A DNA stretch of 64,000 nucleotides, from NCBI GenBank assembly GCA_012295275.1, contig CM022670.1:25606001-25670000 (forward strand), in the 5' to 3' direction. The notes beneath the pieces are model-generated. The model was not told the DNA's origin and searched no databases. It saw nothing but the letters and a program-made list of their open reading frames with translations. Origin of the DNA: Chrysomallon squamiferum. Its lineage: Eukaryota; Animalia; Mollusca. Positions 1 through 15,342 of this stretch are shown here, in pieces (within the stretch, counting starts at the first letter, position 1; the number at the start of each line of letters is the position of its first letter). Made by a program: the position numbers and the translations under genes.

Positions 1-817
1 AGCACTTTTATGATAACAACAAAGGGTTGACTTCTTTTTTCAATATCGGAGTTAGTTGTGTGCAAACAGATGAATGCCAAACCAAAGAAGAAAACTAGTC
101 TTAAATTAACATTTTTAAAGGTAATTGCGCTGGCCCATGTTTCTCGAATTATTCTTCGTCCTTGAAAGATATTGATATGAACCATAATTAGAAATTTGAG
201 ATTATTGGTATCTGAACAAACATTACGATTATTTATGACATAGAGGGATTCAAGGGTCAGTGGGTATAAACTTCGTTTTGTTATTCGATGTAAGTCCCTG
301 TTAGACTTCTCTTTTACTGCCTGAATGTTTTTGGTTTTATTTTCACAAGTTACTTTAATTTGAGAAAATGAAATAATTAATATGATTAGGTTACCTGGAA
401 AGCAAATTGTGTTAATGGTTCATATTCTGTACGCATCATTATTGATAAATTTGCGGAAAGAGATCAATTTTCTTTCTTTTCATATGATTAGTTGTATATT
501 TTACAATCACATAAAGATTTTTTTCACGGTAAGTTTTTAGTCCAAATGCACGCGAATACCTTTTTTATCTTTTTCTTTTTTATTTTTCTGTTTTCATTTT
601 TATTACCTTTTGAAATAACATTATGAATTAAGCGTTTTTCATCGTTTCATTTTCGAGTAAGTTTCGAACGATTATGTAATTAATCTAAGAATCGTTTATC
701 TGCTAAAGTAACGCATTGCATCTTTTGTTCGGTTATTAGTTTTTCATGAAATTTGATATGTCAGTGACACTGCTGTTATTCACTCTCTCCTGTGACCGTA
801 TACACATTTTAGCTCAC

Positions 818-982
818 CTATCGTGCTTCGTCAATAAGATTACTTTACAACCTCACAGCACCCGTGGTTGACTAACTCTGTAAAGAAGCCGTCTACTGTT
901 CCAGTTAATTGTTTGCTGCACGATGAATTTCTAAAATACTGTCTCCGCAAAAACATAAAGAAATCGACAATAACACCGGCAA

Positions 983-985
<3 letters not shown>
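818..985 (-). other. Possible non-coding (5'UTR) exon of a minus-strand gene running off the left edge
   Basis: Non-repetitive block bounded on the minus strand by CAG (986-988) and GTGAG (813-817); stops in all three minus frames; another minus-strand donor-like GTAGGT near 1368. Confidence 0.3.
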
Positions 986-1026
<41 letters not shown>

Positions 1027-1443
1027 TGTGTGTATCTGTGTGTGTGTGTGATAAATAATGTATATATTAAAGTATTTACGTACATACGAATATCTCTACG
1101 TGTATCTCTATGGGTGACTGTGTGTGTGAGCATGCATATGTCTGTGCAAGTCTTGTCTGTATTTATATATACGCGTGTATTCAAGCACTAACATAATAAG
1201 ATCTTAATCAAAATCCTCTTTTATTTTTTGAACAATAAATTTAGTTACAGAAAAATATCTTTAATCAATAACTACTGATAAAATAAAATAATATAAAATT
1301 TAATGAAAATAAGAAAACAAAACTTTTATCAAAAAGCAGTTTAGGAAATTAGAAAATCTAAAACCTACCTCTATTTACAATTTTTTTCTATTAAATAAAT
1401 TTCAGTGCGCACATGGGTTAGACTGTTCACACAAAAAACTGAA

Positions 1444-1455
1444 TGCGCCTGCGCA
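1444..1455. promoter_or_regulatory. NRF1-like motif TGCGCCTGCGCA
   Basis: One mismatch from the NRF1 palindrome TGCGCATGCGCA, in otherwise very AT-rich DNA, upstream of the putative minus-strand UTR exons. Confidence 0.35.
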
Positions 1456-2935
1456 GGAAATGATTTTAAACCTAGGCGACAAAGCTGGAACGAAAGAATG
1501 CGAATAAATTTTATACCGACTGGTGAATATAGAATAGGTGATTAAAGAAAAAATAGTTCACTGGATTTAAATTATGTGCCCTAAATATAGATAGATAGAT
1601 AGATAGATACACGTAAAAATATATATATCATCAACGTTCTGATTTCTACCTCAGCTATAACCACCACCATCAGTACTAAAGCTACAATGATACGACTATC
1701 ATTAATACTACTGTTCCTATTGCTATTACTGCTACAACTGTCACCATTTATTTCTCAATGTGAAAGGTTTATTTTTATTTTTTCTTAAACGTTGATTACA
1801 ATGTATAGTGTGCTACATTTAAATTACCTTCACACGACGCATGAATATAAATTGCTAAAGTTCTAAGTGCCTGTTAGTAATCCTGCAATAAATAAATCGA
1901 CAATATTGTCAAGAGTTCTCACCTTTAACATAATAGCATTAACTTTGAATATTTTACTTGTCACATGCTGTTGTCTAGGGACAGGCCGTGAGATAACGTT
2001 CTTCTATTATATTTTTTTCTTTTTCTTTTTTCTTTTCTGTGAATAACACCTATGATAAATTTTTAACTGAGAATGTATTGCATTAACTTTAAACGATACT
2101 TTTTTTGTTTTGTTTTGGCAATGGATAAAGTGAATTAAGTAAATTAAAAAAGAAGAAGAAAAAACTATTATAAGAAGAGCAGGCATTGATAATGTAAATA
2201 ATAATAATATATTTAAGAAACATACAAATAGCAAAATAACATATTTTCCTTCATTTAACCAAGACAGAAAGGTTTGTGTGCATATGTTAAGATTAATGTG
2301 TTCGTATGTTTGTGTGTTCATGTATGTTCTTATATATATGTGTGTGTGAATGTGCCTGTATTTGTGTATGTGTTCAAGTAAATACATACAAGTCTGTCTG
2401 CATGTTCAAAGAAATATGTTCATATGTGTTCGTCTGTTCATCTGTGTTTTTATGTGTTTATGTTTTCAGATAGATATGTTCATATACATTTGTTGTTGGT
2501 AACAAGTATTTGAAATCTTGCAGCGAAAGCTCTCATTGCATACAGCGTTACAGAATGCAATACTTACAAACCAACAAATAGCAAACAATCACCTCTTACT
2601 GACGCCGCCACTCACAGTTTTACTGTAGGCCTACTAATTAATTATTAACTCATTAATTATCTTTATAGTCCATGATAATAAAGAACTGTTAGAAGTACGT
2701 TAACATAATGGTTTTTCATTAAAATATTAATATAGAGCAACAGGAAGAATCATTTGACTAATGTTTATTTGATGTTTTATTTGATATAAAGGAGTGTGAA
2801 TAGACAGAACAATGCGAGTCTTTTGTTGGGAATCTAATCGTATAGAAAATAATAATCTGAAAAATCAGCGAACTGAATTTAAATTCATGTTTCGGCGAAA
2901 TTAAAACACATATATATCTATATATAGAAAATAAT

Positions 2936-5900
2936 ATGTTGATGCTTTGTCGAGATATCATTTCAATGTTACTTCTTATGATGTCTTTAACCCAGAAGCA
3001 TCTTTGCTACACGCAGAATTCGTCCACTTTGAGGGATCCGATTGTTGGTGATCAGAATGAAGTTATCCTTGATCTAAATTTGTTTGGCTCTTCTCTGTTT
3101 CGGGATGTGGCTCTTGACTTCGATGATTTCGATTCACAAATTGCAGCATTAGATGGCACATACTGCGGCAATCTGTGCGAACTGATCTACGACCAGGCAC
3201 CAAAATACAACATTGCTGTCTGTGAAAAATGTAACTGCGATAAGGACTGTGAAATATTCGGAGACTGCTGTCCAGATCTAGTTTTACTGCAAAATCGTAG
3301 TCAGACGAAAAGTAACATGAAATGCATGTCAGGTTCCATGCTAGACGATTCATACGCAATGTTCTATAAGATGGTCAATTCGTGTCCTGAATTTGCTCAG
3401 CAAAGTAATAAAGATCTTTGTTCCAACAGAAAAATTAAAGACTGGACCTCGGTCAATCCCGTTACCAGTGTTTCTACCAGAATTACTTATAGTAATATCT
3501 ACTGTGCATTGTGTAATGATGACGAACATGTCCTAAAGTGGAAGACAGAGATATTCTGTGAAGCAAATTCAACAGCGTTTAAGGAACCATCTTCTATAGA
3601 AAACTTACTCAGAAAAGCGTTACTCGACCCTGGCTGTATTGTTTCATTTAAATTACATGGCTATGGTAGAGAGTGTACTGAAGTCGACAGGCTTTTAGTT
3701 AAAGAATGCAACGTAAGTGGCTCTTGGAGGACGTACGACAGTAAAGTAGAGGCGGCTTGTCGTAAATATCGTAATATAGTGCATGGCAAGTACTGGAACG
3801 TCTTCTGCTATTTCTGCAACAGTGGAAAATCCTGGGAAAGTATTATTGCGGAATTAAACGTTTTTTATGCACCCGGAATACGAGTTGGGCTGATGGCCCT
3901 CTTTGAAGTAGACGACAAGTGGAAAACATCAGCGCAGCCTCTGAATACATCACAGTGTTCCACGGGGAATATATTTAACAATTACAAGGTATATTAAATT
4001 TCGCTACAATTTCAAGGTGTCCAGAAATATCGATATGGACATAATTAAATGCCACAATATCGATTTGAAATCTTAATTTATTTTGTCTATTTGTTTAAAG
4101 TTTTTTTTCTACGTTATAAATAGACTAGAATTAAGCGGATGTTTGAAAAAATTGTGAATACGCTTTTTACTAGAAGATGTTAAACAAATGATTCGAATTA
4201 ATTAGTGTTCAGTAACAAAAATTAAATTAAACTATTTTATAATTAATGAGTGAGGAGATGAAATGGATGGTAATGAATTGTATCCTTTTGTACTTTCAAT
4301 AAGATAAAAAACGACAATCGTGCATTTCTCTTTTATTTTGTAATTTTCATATAAACACCATCTCCCTCGTTAGATTTTGTAGTGCTCACGTTTTAAAATC
4401 CAAAATGTCAAGAAACAATTTTATTTGCATTGTCTTCATTCACAAGGATAAAATTATTTATACAGTCCACATTACTGTTTACACAACTGCACTTTATATA
4501 CTGTTTTCATTTAAAAATTTGACGTAAATTATTTTGAAATGATTTCAGAAAACCTGCATTCCCGTTGGCTGCTCTTTTGAAAAGAAATTGAATGGACTCG
4601 CTTGTTCCAGCATATTAAAGATGACTAACATATTTGGCTACAGACTGTGTCTTCTGGTGAACATTGTTCCAGAGTCTCCACTTGACGCGTTTGATGCATT
4701 TCTGATATCAGCTAAGATATCTGAATCAGTACGAAACGTTATTCCTTATAACGCGCAAAGTCCTAACATAAGTCTGACAATATTGGATATAAGAAACTGC
4801 AAAGGGCAAGATCTGCGAATACTGTTGAAGTTGAAGATGTTCTTATTTCCAACAGTGGCAACTGACCGAGAAGTGTTTGAGAAAATATTAATTAATATGA
4901 CTGTAAATGCGAAAGAAGAATTACGTCAGTATTACAATTCATCAACAATCACTGTGTATCCTTGTTATTATAAAATCGAAAACCCCAGTTTAACGTGCGT
5001 AGATTCGTTTAGAGGCATGAACAACGTATTCCAGCTTCGCATTCGAGAAGGGTACGAAAATCAGATTGATATTTTATACATACTGGATATTAATTCACTA
5101 CTTATTTGTCCTTTCATTACGCTGAACGATGACGAGGTCATTGTGCCTTCGTTAGACCTAAACACTTCCACTCTCACACTCAGTCTTCGTTTCAAAACTA
5201 GCGAATCGACAGTGGAAAGCATGAACTATGTGATTTATAACAAGACATCGGTCAAAATGTGTGTAGACAGCTATCCCGATTTAAAACAATACATAGAGCG
5301 TACTCAACCACAGACTTTATCTGTAGTAGACATAATAAGTCTGATTTGCATGTACCTATCTTTACTATGTCTGCTTCTGTCTCTCTCTCTCTACTGCTTC
5401 ATCCAAAAACTAAGAACCTCGTGTGGTGTGTTAAACATGGGTCTCATAATGACACTGTTTGTTGCACACATTTTGTTTCAGTTTGCTTCGGAAGAAACTG
5501 ATTTATTTGCTCTATGCACTGCTATCGGAATGTTGCAGCACTTTTTTTGGCTCGCTTCTGTCTGGTGGATGAATGCTATAACTGTTAATCTGTTTTACAC
5601 ACTCTGGTTCCCTTTTCATTCCTTAATCATAGTCCAAGCAGTTAAAAAGATGTTTGCAATATCTGCGCTGTATTCATACGGCTGTTCTGCACTAGTCGTT
5701 GGTGCTACTGTTGTAGGCAACATGATAGTATTTGGCGATACTGGCTATGTAACAGATATCTGTTATCTGAAGCGTGATAGTTCTAGAAAGTACGCCTTGT
5801 GTCTTCCAATAGGCATTTTGGTGTTCGGTAACATTATTCTGTTTGTTATCACTATCTGGAAACAGCGAAGCCGTAAATCGGTTGGAAGCTCAAGAGAGCA

Positions 5901-6162
5901 CAACATTAGCATGCTGGCTTGTATTAAACTCTCGGTTGTTACTGGTTTGTCCTGGGTATTTGCTTATCTCTATTTATCTACTAAGTGGGTCCCGTTCTCT
6001 GCAGCTTTTTCTATTCTTGTCAATTCACAAGGTATTCTTCTCTTTGTTGCCTTCTTTGTTAACAGCCGGGTCTGGGGTCTGGTCAGAGAAAAGTGTACAC
6101 AAAAGTCAAATGATCAGACATTAACGAGATCGACATCTAATGCAGTCAACACCCGGGTTTGA
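2936..6162 (+). CDS. Secretin-class (7tm_2; Methuselah/adhesion-like) GPCR with Cys-rich, somatomedin-B-like ectodomain, ~888 aa, 2 exons
   Basis: Exons 2936-3988 and 4549-6162, joined in frame by a phase-0 GT-AG intron (NNYK|KTCIPVGC). Hydrophobic N-terminus; SMB-like CEKCNCDKDCEIFGDCCPD; seven hydrophobic helices with class-B signatures (CTAIGMLQHFFWLASVWWM, LPIGILVFGNIILF, GLSWVF, NSQGILLF). Confidence 0.9.
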
Positions 6163-7541
6163 TTATCAATCTCTAACAACACCTCTAACACTCGCAACAT
6201 ATATTTCATGTTAACTGTCCTCTTGTTCAAGAAATTACGTAATTTTGCTTACACTTACACCGTAATGCTCGGCTTTATTCATTCAATGAAATGAGCGTTC
6301 CCTCCCAAAAGACAGACTTCCTATAATCAGACATGCCATTTGATAGACAAAACTCTTTATTGTGTTATGTAATGTATTCTGTACAGCCCTTACAGCTTTA
6401 GTGGTACTACTCCAGTCTGTTCAGCAAGTTACGCTGCAGTCGAACAGCAGTGTTAATCAGTTAGTTGACTGACTTTACCACAGTGTTGTTTTATATTGCA
6501 CCTTTTTAAAGTGTTTCTCATATCTACTGATTTCATACAAGCAACAGCAAGAGCCCAATTATAATCTGGTAAATGCAGTTAATAAATCTACAAATAAATC
6601 TATAAATAAATCTAATTTTATAGAATTTTGTTCTGTGATCTGTATTTAGTCGTATCAGACTGTTCCCTTATTTATGACCTGTATTATTCAAGGTAAACCG
6701 CAGGTCATTAGTAATACGCTCAAAAGTGTCTTATGGCGTTTTAATGCGTCTGCATTATGGGACATCTGTCTTTTGGAAGGGATGCACTAGTTGAACAAAA
6801 AATAGAACATTAATATGAAGGGAAACAATCCTGACTATTAGCTGCAGTATTTGTGTTTAGATTATTTTAGAAAGAGTATTATATACCTTGACAGAAAGAC
6901 GGCAAGTAGAAAACCTCTTTCTTTCTTAACAATACACATACGGTATTTTATGAAGAATACATACTGTGAAACATATCTTCACTGTCGTAAATGTTACGTT
7001 TTAAATGTATGTATCGTTAGTTTCGCCAGTTTGTTTCGTTCGTTTGTTTCTAGTCCATTATATATCTGTATTACACATGAACTATTATTTTACTAATCGT
7101 GATGGTGTGAAGCATCTGTATGTTCAGTTTGTGTGCATATGTTTGTTGCGTTTGTGTGTATGTGTATATATGTATGTCGAGTTTTTTGTATATGTATGTG
7201 TGTGCATGTGTGTTTATGTGGAGTTTGTGTTAGGATTTATCTGGATTTATTATTATACCTACATGTGTGTGTGTATGAGTGTCATTCAGCTCATGGATCA
7301 GTACATCCATGATACAGTCTAATAATGTTTTACTACAACATATGACTTCAAACCTTTTCTTTAATCGCATAATAAGCTACAGGTTATTAGTGCGGATTCA
7401 TCGGTTATATTCAATTGACCATATAACTGGATTAGTTTATGGGTCAGATATTATAATGTTTCCCCGACCCTGATTTTTAATTCAGTATGTGTGTGTGTGT
7501 ATGTGTGTGTTTGTAAGTATGTATGTATGTATGTATGTATG

Positions 7542-7595
<54 letters not shown>

Positions 7596-9679
7596 CGAAA
7601 CCTAGTTCGACGCTTAAAATAATAGATTAATAAAACTGAAAGGATGATATCTGAAGTGTGAACTGATATTTTGATTAATCCTAATTCAGAATAATATATC
7701 ACTCAGTGCACAGTACCTCACGCCATGAATCAGATGTATCACAGATTAAAATAATAAGTATTTTTATTTATTTTTTTTAAACGTTTATTTCAATGTAATA
7801 AACATAGAAAAAAGCTGATATAATTCTAGAATGAAATACATGTTTTAAATAACCTTTTTATCTGTTTCCATTTTTAAAAAAAAGAAAAATAAAGAGACTA
7901 ACAACGAATCATCTGTCTACTTAGATTTTTAGAAGTGTTTTACTTGAAATTAATGTCGCACAATATTTGTTAATATGAATGTCGTATATATTATAACTCA
8001 CTTGTTCCGTTTTCTTTTTTCTTAGTGTATTGTGATGGTTACCGTTAGTTACTATCTCGAAAAGTCATTTGCACTTTTACTCAAATGTCCATTAATTTTT
8101 CAGCTTTCTGTAAAATGTCACGTTTTGCAATTTATTTTATTATCTGACTTAATAACTTAACGCATAAATAAACAAGATAAAGGTCTAGCTTGCTTTTTCA
8201 TTTTTTGTTCTGTTTTGTTGAAAATTCTATACATAAAGTAATCAGTATGTGGTCTTCTAGTATTAATCTTTGTTATAAAATGTCCTTTGACTCGCAGTTT
8301 AATACATTTCTCTTCCTCATTTATAATGTCGTTTGTTCTTAGGGTCGAAGAAGACTTAGGTTTTAGATTTTTTTTCTTTTTCAGAAAAATAATGTTAAAA
8401 ACAAAAATAAAATAAAATAAAATAAAATAAAACAAGTAATAAAACGAATAAATAAAGTAATTAAACAAATAAAACAAGTAATAAAACGAATAAATAAAGT
8501 AATTAAACAAGAATATAATAATAATATAATAAAATCAGTGTTAGAACGACATCTGCAGTTCCAAAATTTCCCCGCGTCTTTCAGCTGTAAATAATGATGT
8601 CCACGCTGTTCATATTAAATTATTAATTACATAATTATGACGAGAAAAAGGTTTTCAAAAAATTATTCATTATCGTATTATTTAAAATGAGTATCTTACA
8701 ACTTATAATATGCACTGGCCATGAAGTCATCATGCAAATGGTTTCTCTGAGTTATCAGTATTCCATATAATAATGAGAATTTGAAAGAAAATTGTTTATG
8801 TACAGCAAAAGTTTATAGTTAGATAGATAGATAGATAGATAGACAGTTGGATACATAAATAAGATATAGATATCGATACATAGTATTATGGCTTCATAAA
8901 ACGCTTTATCGTAAGGAATTAAAATTAATTATTTATTATTAGATGATGGCGGACCGTCATTTGTTTATCTGTGTATTATGTAAAGACTTTACTTACATTT
9001 TGTGACAGAACTGGATTTGGATCGGATCAGTGACTGCACACAAATTGGCCAACAGCAAGTAGGGTTCTTGTTCCTAAGCCGCGTCACTGTGATTTCTCGC
9101 TAACACATAAATGCATATATGTAGTGTAGGCCAAGCTATATCCTTATAACGCACTGGACTATATTCTCACTCGTAGAGTTAATTGTTTAATAACTAGTTT
9201 TGCTTATGTGATGGAATAAAGTATCCCGACTGTTGATACAGAAGTGGAATGAATTTATAACGGTCAGTATGTCGTAACAAAAATGTGTTCAAAGACGAAA
9301 TAGTAAAGTCCATAACACACACATACACACAACGTCTTGATATAATAATTATTATAATCAATATTTTCGGAATAAAACGTGTATGTATGTATGTACGTAT
9401 GTGTGTGTGTGTGTGTGTGTGTTTGAGTGTATATAAGCAGATTGATAATATGAATTGTTATAACAGATTATGATTTACAAGAAAATGACGACATTGTCAA
9501 AAGGTAACCTTGCATATATTCAGTGGACTTTAATTAACACTGTAAACATATTCATACTTATTACTGGTTCAGTTTTAAATATCTTACCATTGTTTAAATG
9601 CTGCAGAATTGTAAAAGTATTATATATTCCAAATATGGAGGGCAAAACTATTATCAAAATAAAATTGTAATGACCCTAG

Positions 9680-11039
9680 ATGAGCAGCCTAAGAGCCATT
9701 CGTCAGCCAGAAAACGTGAAGACACTAGCAACGCAGTATCGCCTGGCTATCACGCCCAAACGATCTGGATCAAAGACTGTAGACAGATCAAAGAACAAAG
9801 AAACTAACTTCCTGGATGAAGAGGTCGCAGAAAATACGGAAACATCCGAGAAGAAACGAAGTATCAGACGTTTTCGACTTTCAGAATTACTCGATGCTAA
9901 CGATTTCAATTTTGATGGTAAAATACATTTTTCTTTCTTTTTTTCTCGTTTCTTTTTTTCTCATTATTTAGCGTTAGCAATAATAATAATAATAATAATT
10001 AAATAAATAATTTAAATTACGAAGTTTTATTATTTTGCAGATACAGATGACGATATTTGCAGCCCGAAAGTTTACAAGGATCGCTCCCAGCTAACTTACG
10101 TATGTGCCTGTAAATACCTCAACGTGCACGTCAACAAGAATTTCTGCAAAAGTCTGCTATCAAACAAAGTAGTTATTCTGAACCAACGTCTCACGAGAAA
10201 CGATGTGAAAGCTTGCGCAGTAGCATTACTAGTAAGAAGTTTCAAAGTCTTTACCAGTTCATGTAGTCTCTATCAAAAATGAACTATATCTTGATACACA
10301 ATATGCACCGTACGTAATGACAAAATGTGATGAATAGCTACATTTCGGAGACTGTATTTATGACTATAAATTACTTGTTATATATAAAACAAGCAATTTC
10401 ATTTCGTTTTTTGTAATGTTTAGGACTGCAAGCTAAAATAAATAACTTGTTACTGTGTTAATCCTGTCTTAAATTAGCTTTAGCCTGCTTAAGTCGAATG
10501 GCATAGCCTCGCTGAATTGTGTCACTCGTAACTTCGCAGAATAAAGCTGATCTCAGTTATTCCCAATATCTATATATATAGGTATGTATGTGTGAATATG
10601 TATATGTGTTTATTAGTGCGTGCGTGTTTGTGGGTTTTTTTCCCCTGGTATATGTGCGTGCGCGCGTACGTTCGTATGTGTATTAATAACATTTGGAATT
10701 AAATAAATATGACATTTTTAACAAGAAAAACGCCAGAGTGGATACACTGACTTTGGATGCCAACAACCTGGGTCACTATGGAGTAATTCAGATCGCAGAA
10801 ATTTTGCCACACAAAGCAGAGATTCTTGAACTGGTAATACTATATCATTATTTTCTAAACTTTTTTTTTATTAGTTATCATTATAATTATTGCAAATGAG
10901 TGAATGTTCAATGATAAGAGCCCTAATGTTAGTTGGAAAGGGATTTGTTTTTTTAATTTTTATAATTATTTAACACTTTTATAAAATAAAACTATGACAT
11001 AATGCAAATACTATTTGAACATGTCCTAAACAAATTTAC

Positions 11040-11088
<49 letters not shown>

Positions 11089-13180
11089 TAGAATGTTCTG
11101 AATATATGTCCTTTTAAAATATTCTGCTGTTGGCATTATTTTTAATTAGACCAAATTAATGGTAATTACAGGTGAAGAGTAGTCAGTGGTTTTGAAAGAT
11201 ACGTACCTCAGCCCTATGATTTTTAATTATAATTACTATGTTCTTTAATATATATATATATAATACATTTCAGAATGTTATAAATAACGCAATTGGGTCT
11301 ATAGGAGCTAAGGAACTTTGTAGAGTTTTGATGAACAATGTCACCGTCAGAAAACTTGATCTTTCTGGTAAGTCTTCCTAACATTATCAAAAACAACCGT
11401 TACGTTGGCTAATATAAAATAGAGTGTTTTTTCTTCTTCTTCTTTAATATAACATAAATTCAATAAATACACAAATGACAATGGCAGTTAACATCACTAT
11501 AGATTAATATATATATATTGTAATATATTACAATTTAATCAGAAAAAAACGTAAAAAACCCGATTTAGATCGTAAAGATGTAAAATATTACAATTTAATC
11601 GAACAAAAAAGAAAACTGAATATATTACAATTTAATGGAATGTAGAAAAAGGAAACTAACTACTCAACTACTTTGCAGCTGGGTAACAAAGCAATGCTAG
11701 TTTTGAAAGTATGTCTGAAAGATCGATTTAGATTTTGCTGTGTTATCATGCACGTAGACACAACACAGACAGACAAACATATATACCTTCCCGAGTCTCA
11801 GCCCTTGACTTCACACAATCTTTCATCGATAACAGACCTGCCATCTTTTGCTTAGAGACAACTATTCGTTATTGCCTACGCCATTGTTTACGTATACAAG
11901 TAGAATACTTTTATTACTAAACTTGAACGTTGTTTGCTACAGGAAACGGTTTTGTAGACGGCGATGCAGAACACTTTCGAGATCTTATGGAGGTAAGCTT
12001 CTGAATCCAAAAAGTATGTTTGTATCACATTTTTGGGGTGGTTATAGAATTTGAGTAAATCTGATTAAAAAAACAACAACATATACATATACATAAGTAA
12101 GAAAGATTTATTGTCAGATGTCGCTCTGTAGTCTAATTGTAAGTATTTATATTTTTAAAATTGTTCTTCCACTGAAAATATTCAAATTATTTTAAACTTT
12201 TGCAAAATGAAATAAAATGAAAAGACAAAAGTATTCATATTATAGATAATTCTGAGATTGTTAGACGACAGCATGTATATAGTTATTATTTATTTTATTG
12301 TTGTTATATATATATATATATTTTTTATCAATCAAATGGTTATCACTAATATGTTATTCATGCGCATGTCCATCTATCAGTTCGTCCATCCATCTGTTTG
12401 TCAGTGTATTATATCGTCTTTTCATCTCTCCGTCAGTCCATAAGAGCTTCCGTCCATCTATCAGTTTATTAATTCACTTATCCATCAGCCAGACCAGTCA
12501 TCCATTCATCCAGTAAATACTTAAAAATAATTTTCTGTTTAGGAGAATCATGGTTTACGTCATCTTAATCTCAGTCACAATGATTTCGGAGAAAAAGGAG
12601 GGAAGTTGTTAGCTGAAGGAATAGGTGATATACAGAAAAGATTGATTTCTAATTTAAGTTTCTAAAGATTTGGAAAGAAAACGTAATAATATGAACAGTG
12701 GAAAAAATTATATCAAAACTAATGTAAACATTCACTGATAAATATATATACAATTGTAATTTAAAACTAGTACAAACAAATTGATTGTGTGTAATTCGTT
12801 TTTGAATTGATATTTATTACCACAGCTACTTTTTCAGTTACAGTAAATACAACAACGACATTAAACATTATTACTATCGTTACTGCTTCTAAAGTTACCA
12901 CCACTACAACCACAAATACTCCTTTCAAAATTACTATTACTTCTAACACCACTACTACTGCTGCGGCTATTGTTGTTGTTGCTAATGCCGCTGCTGTTTT
13001 TGTTATTGTTATTATTATTATGTTGTAGCCAGTAATGACTTTTTGCAAATCTTGGATCTGAGCTGGAATCATCTACGACTTGGCGGTGCAGTGGCTATTG
13101 GAAAAAGCGTTGAGGTCTTTATAATTTTATTTTGTTCTCCAGTTACCTAACGCTTTGTGCCAACGATCCACATAAAACAA

Positions 13181-13248
<68 letters not shown>

Positions 13249-13270
13249 TTATCTCAAAATGTTATTATTA

Positions 13271-13329
<59 letters not shown>

Positions 13330-15308
13330 GGAAAATCAGTTCTTGGAAAGATTACATCTTGGGTGGAATGGCTTTCACGTGCGGGGCTGTGCTGCTTTGG
13401 GCGAATCTTTGAAAACAAACAGCTGCCTGACGCACCTAGATCTCACCTGCAACCGAGTGAACGAAGTCAGTTTATCACAGATTCTAAAAGGACTCATAGA
13501 AAACACTACCCTGAGAGTTCTAAATGTCAGTACATTTCATCTTTTAAATTAGTTTTCAATTCTTACTAAAACGGTACTGATAAACGTCAATATATATATA
13601 CACACACCCATAATACTAATAAAAATACAGTTAAGCAAATATAATAATAATAATAATAATAGTTGGTATTATTGCTGTTGTCGTTTTTTTCCTTTTCTTT
13701 TTTTTTTTTTTTTTTTTTTTTTTTGATGCTGCTGATTCTAAGTTATAATCATTACTTTACAATTCAAGTTTTACTTAGTATTAATTAACGCAATGCAAAC
13801 ATACAGTAGTTGATAATTGTGTTTTCAGTTACCGCTAAATCCGCTGTACCCTGCCGGAGCGTTGACGCTGCTTAAAGTGTTAGACAAGTACGACACCATT
13901 GCGATTACTGACGTCGCTCTAGGAGTGAGTTGAAGTAGTTGAGTGATTAATGTAAATGTAAAATATTTTTATTTGTTTATTTATAAAACGTAAACAGTTA
14001 AAATAAAATAAATATCATTATAGATACATATTTAAGAAAACTATACATTTAAAAAAGAAACTAAAAAAACTACAAAAACAATATTTTAGCCCCATTCATG
14101 GAATACTAAATTGCATAAGCCTTAATAATTCAAAGTCATATTCTCGCTTGTCAATCTAATACATCCATATCTACTCTCTTTCTTTCTCTCTCTCTCTCAC
14201 ACACCCACACACGTACACACACACACACTCATTGAAAAGAACATGTGTTTGTCTGCTATATTTCTTAAAAAAAGCTATTAATGTTTTGTTTGTATATTGT
14301 GGTAAATAATATGATAATATTTACAATTAGTTTATCAAAGCAAACGCTTTTACTGGGCCATTTTCTTCAACGTCCTCAGAATCAAACAGTTACGGAAGAA
14401 TTCATATCCCTTTTGTCAACACTTAAAGAAAAGAGAGATTTAGACGTGACCTACGGACATGTACTTCATAAACCAATATCGATGTCGGAAACGCAAGACG
14501 ATTTTGACAGGGAGGGAGAGAAAACTGTCGAGGACTTGATCTCTGAGAACCCTATTCTCGTGCTTATGGAGTATGCGCGGCAGCAGAACTTCAGGCTTAT
14601 CGACGTGTTTAAAACAATGGATGTTGACCAGAGCGGAACATTAACAAAACAAGAGTTTAAAACTGGCTTACAGGTATAATTAAATTTATTTACTTATTAT
14701 TAAATTCCTGCTTAATTAATTAATTTATTTTTCGATTTAATTAAAAGAACTGATTAATTCATTTATTTATTTTTAATTTATTAATCTATTATATTTTATT
14801 ATTTATGACTCTGCGTATTTTATTTTATATTATTTATTTATTTTTCATTTATATAATGTTTATTCTCGTTCTGTCGATTTTCAATGAAGGGACGTAACTC
14901 GTGAAAACATGTCATTCGATTACGTTTATCAGTATAAATGTTTCTGCTGTTACAGAACGTAGACATTGTACTTCCTGACGCTGCTCTTGAAAGCCTCATC
15001 GATGGTCTAGATAAAGACAAGAGTGGATCAGTCGACTTCAGGTATTAATACGCACAAAGACTCATCGGTAAACATACAAACATACACACCTACACGTACA
15101 TGCACAAGCAAGTTACATACGTTCTTGCATTTACACAAATGCAGCTACAGATCGAGGATCCCTTATCCGAAATTCCGAAATCCGAAAATTTCCGAAATAC
15201 GATTGTTTTTTTTCTTTTTTTCTTTCTTGAGCAGCAGAAACAATGGTACTTCATTGTTAAGGATTGTTTACTTTATTTTACGCACAAAAAATTATTAAAT
15301 ATGTTATA

Positions 15309-15342
<34 letters not shown>

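Noticed and set aside
9485-9807. Alternative LRRC74 start MTTLSK spliced to 9680
   Set aside because: That phase enters a frame that stops at 9807, so the 5' end is left unresolved.
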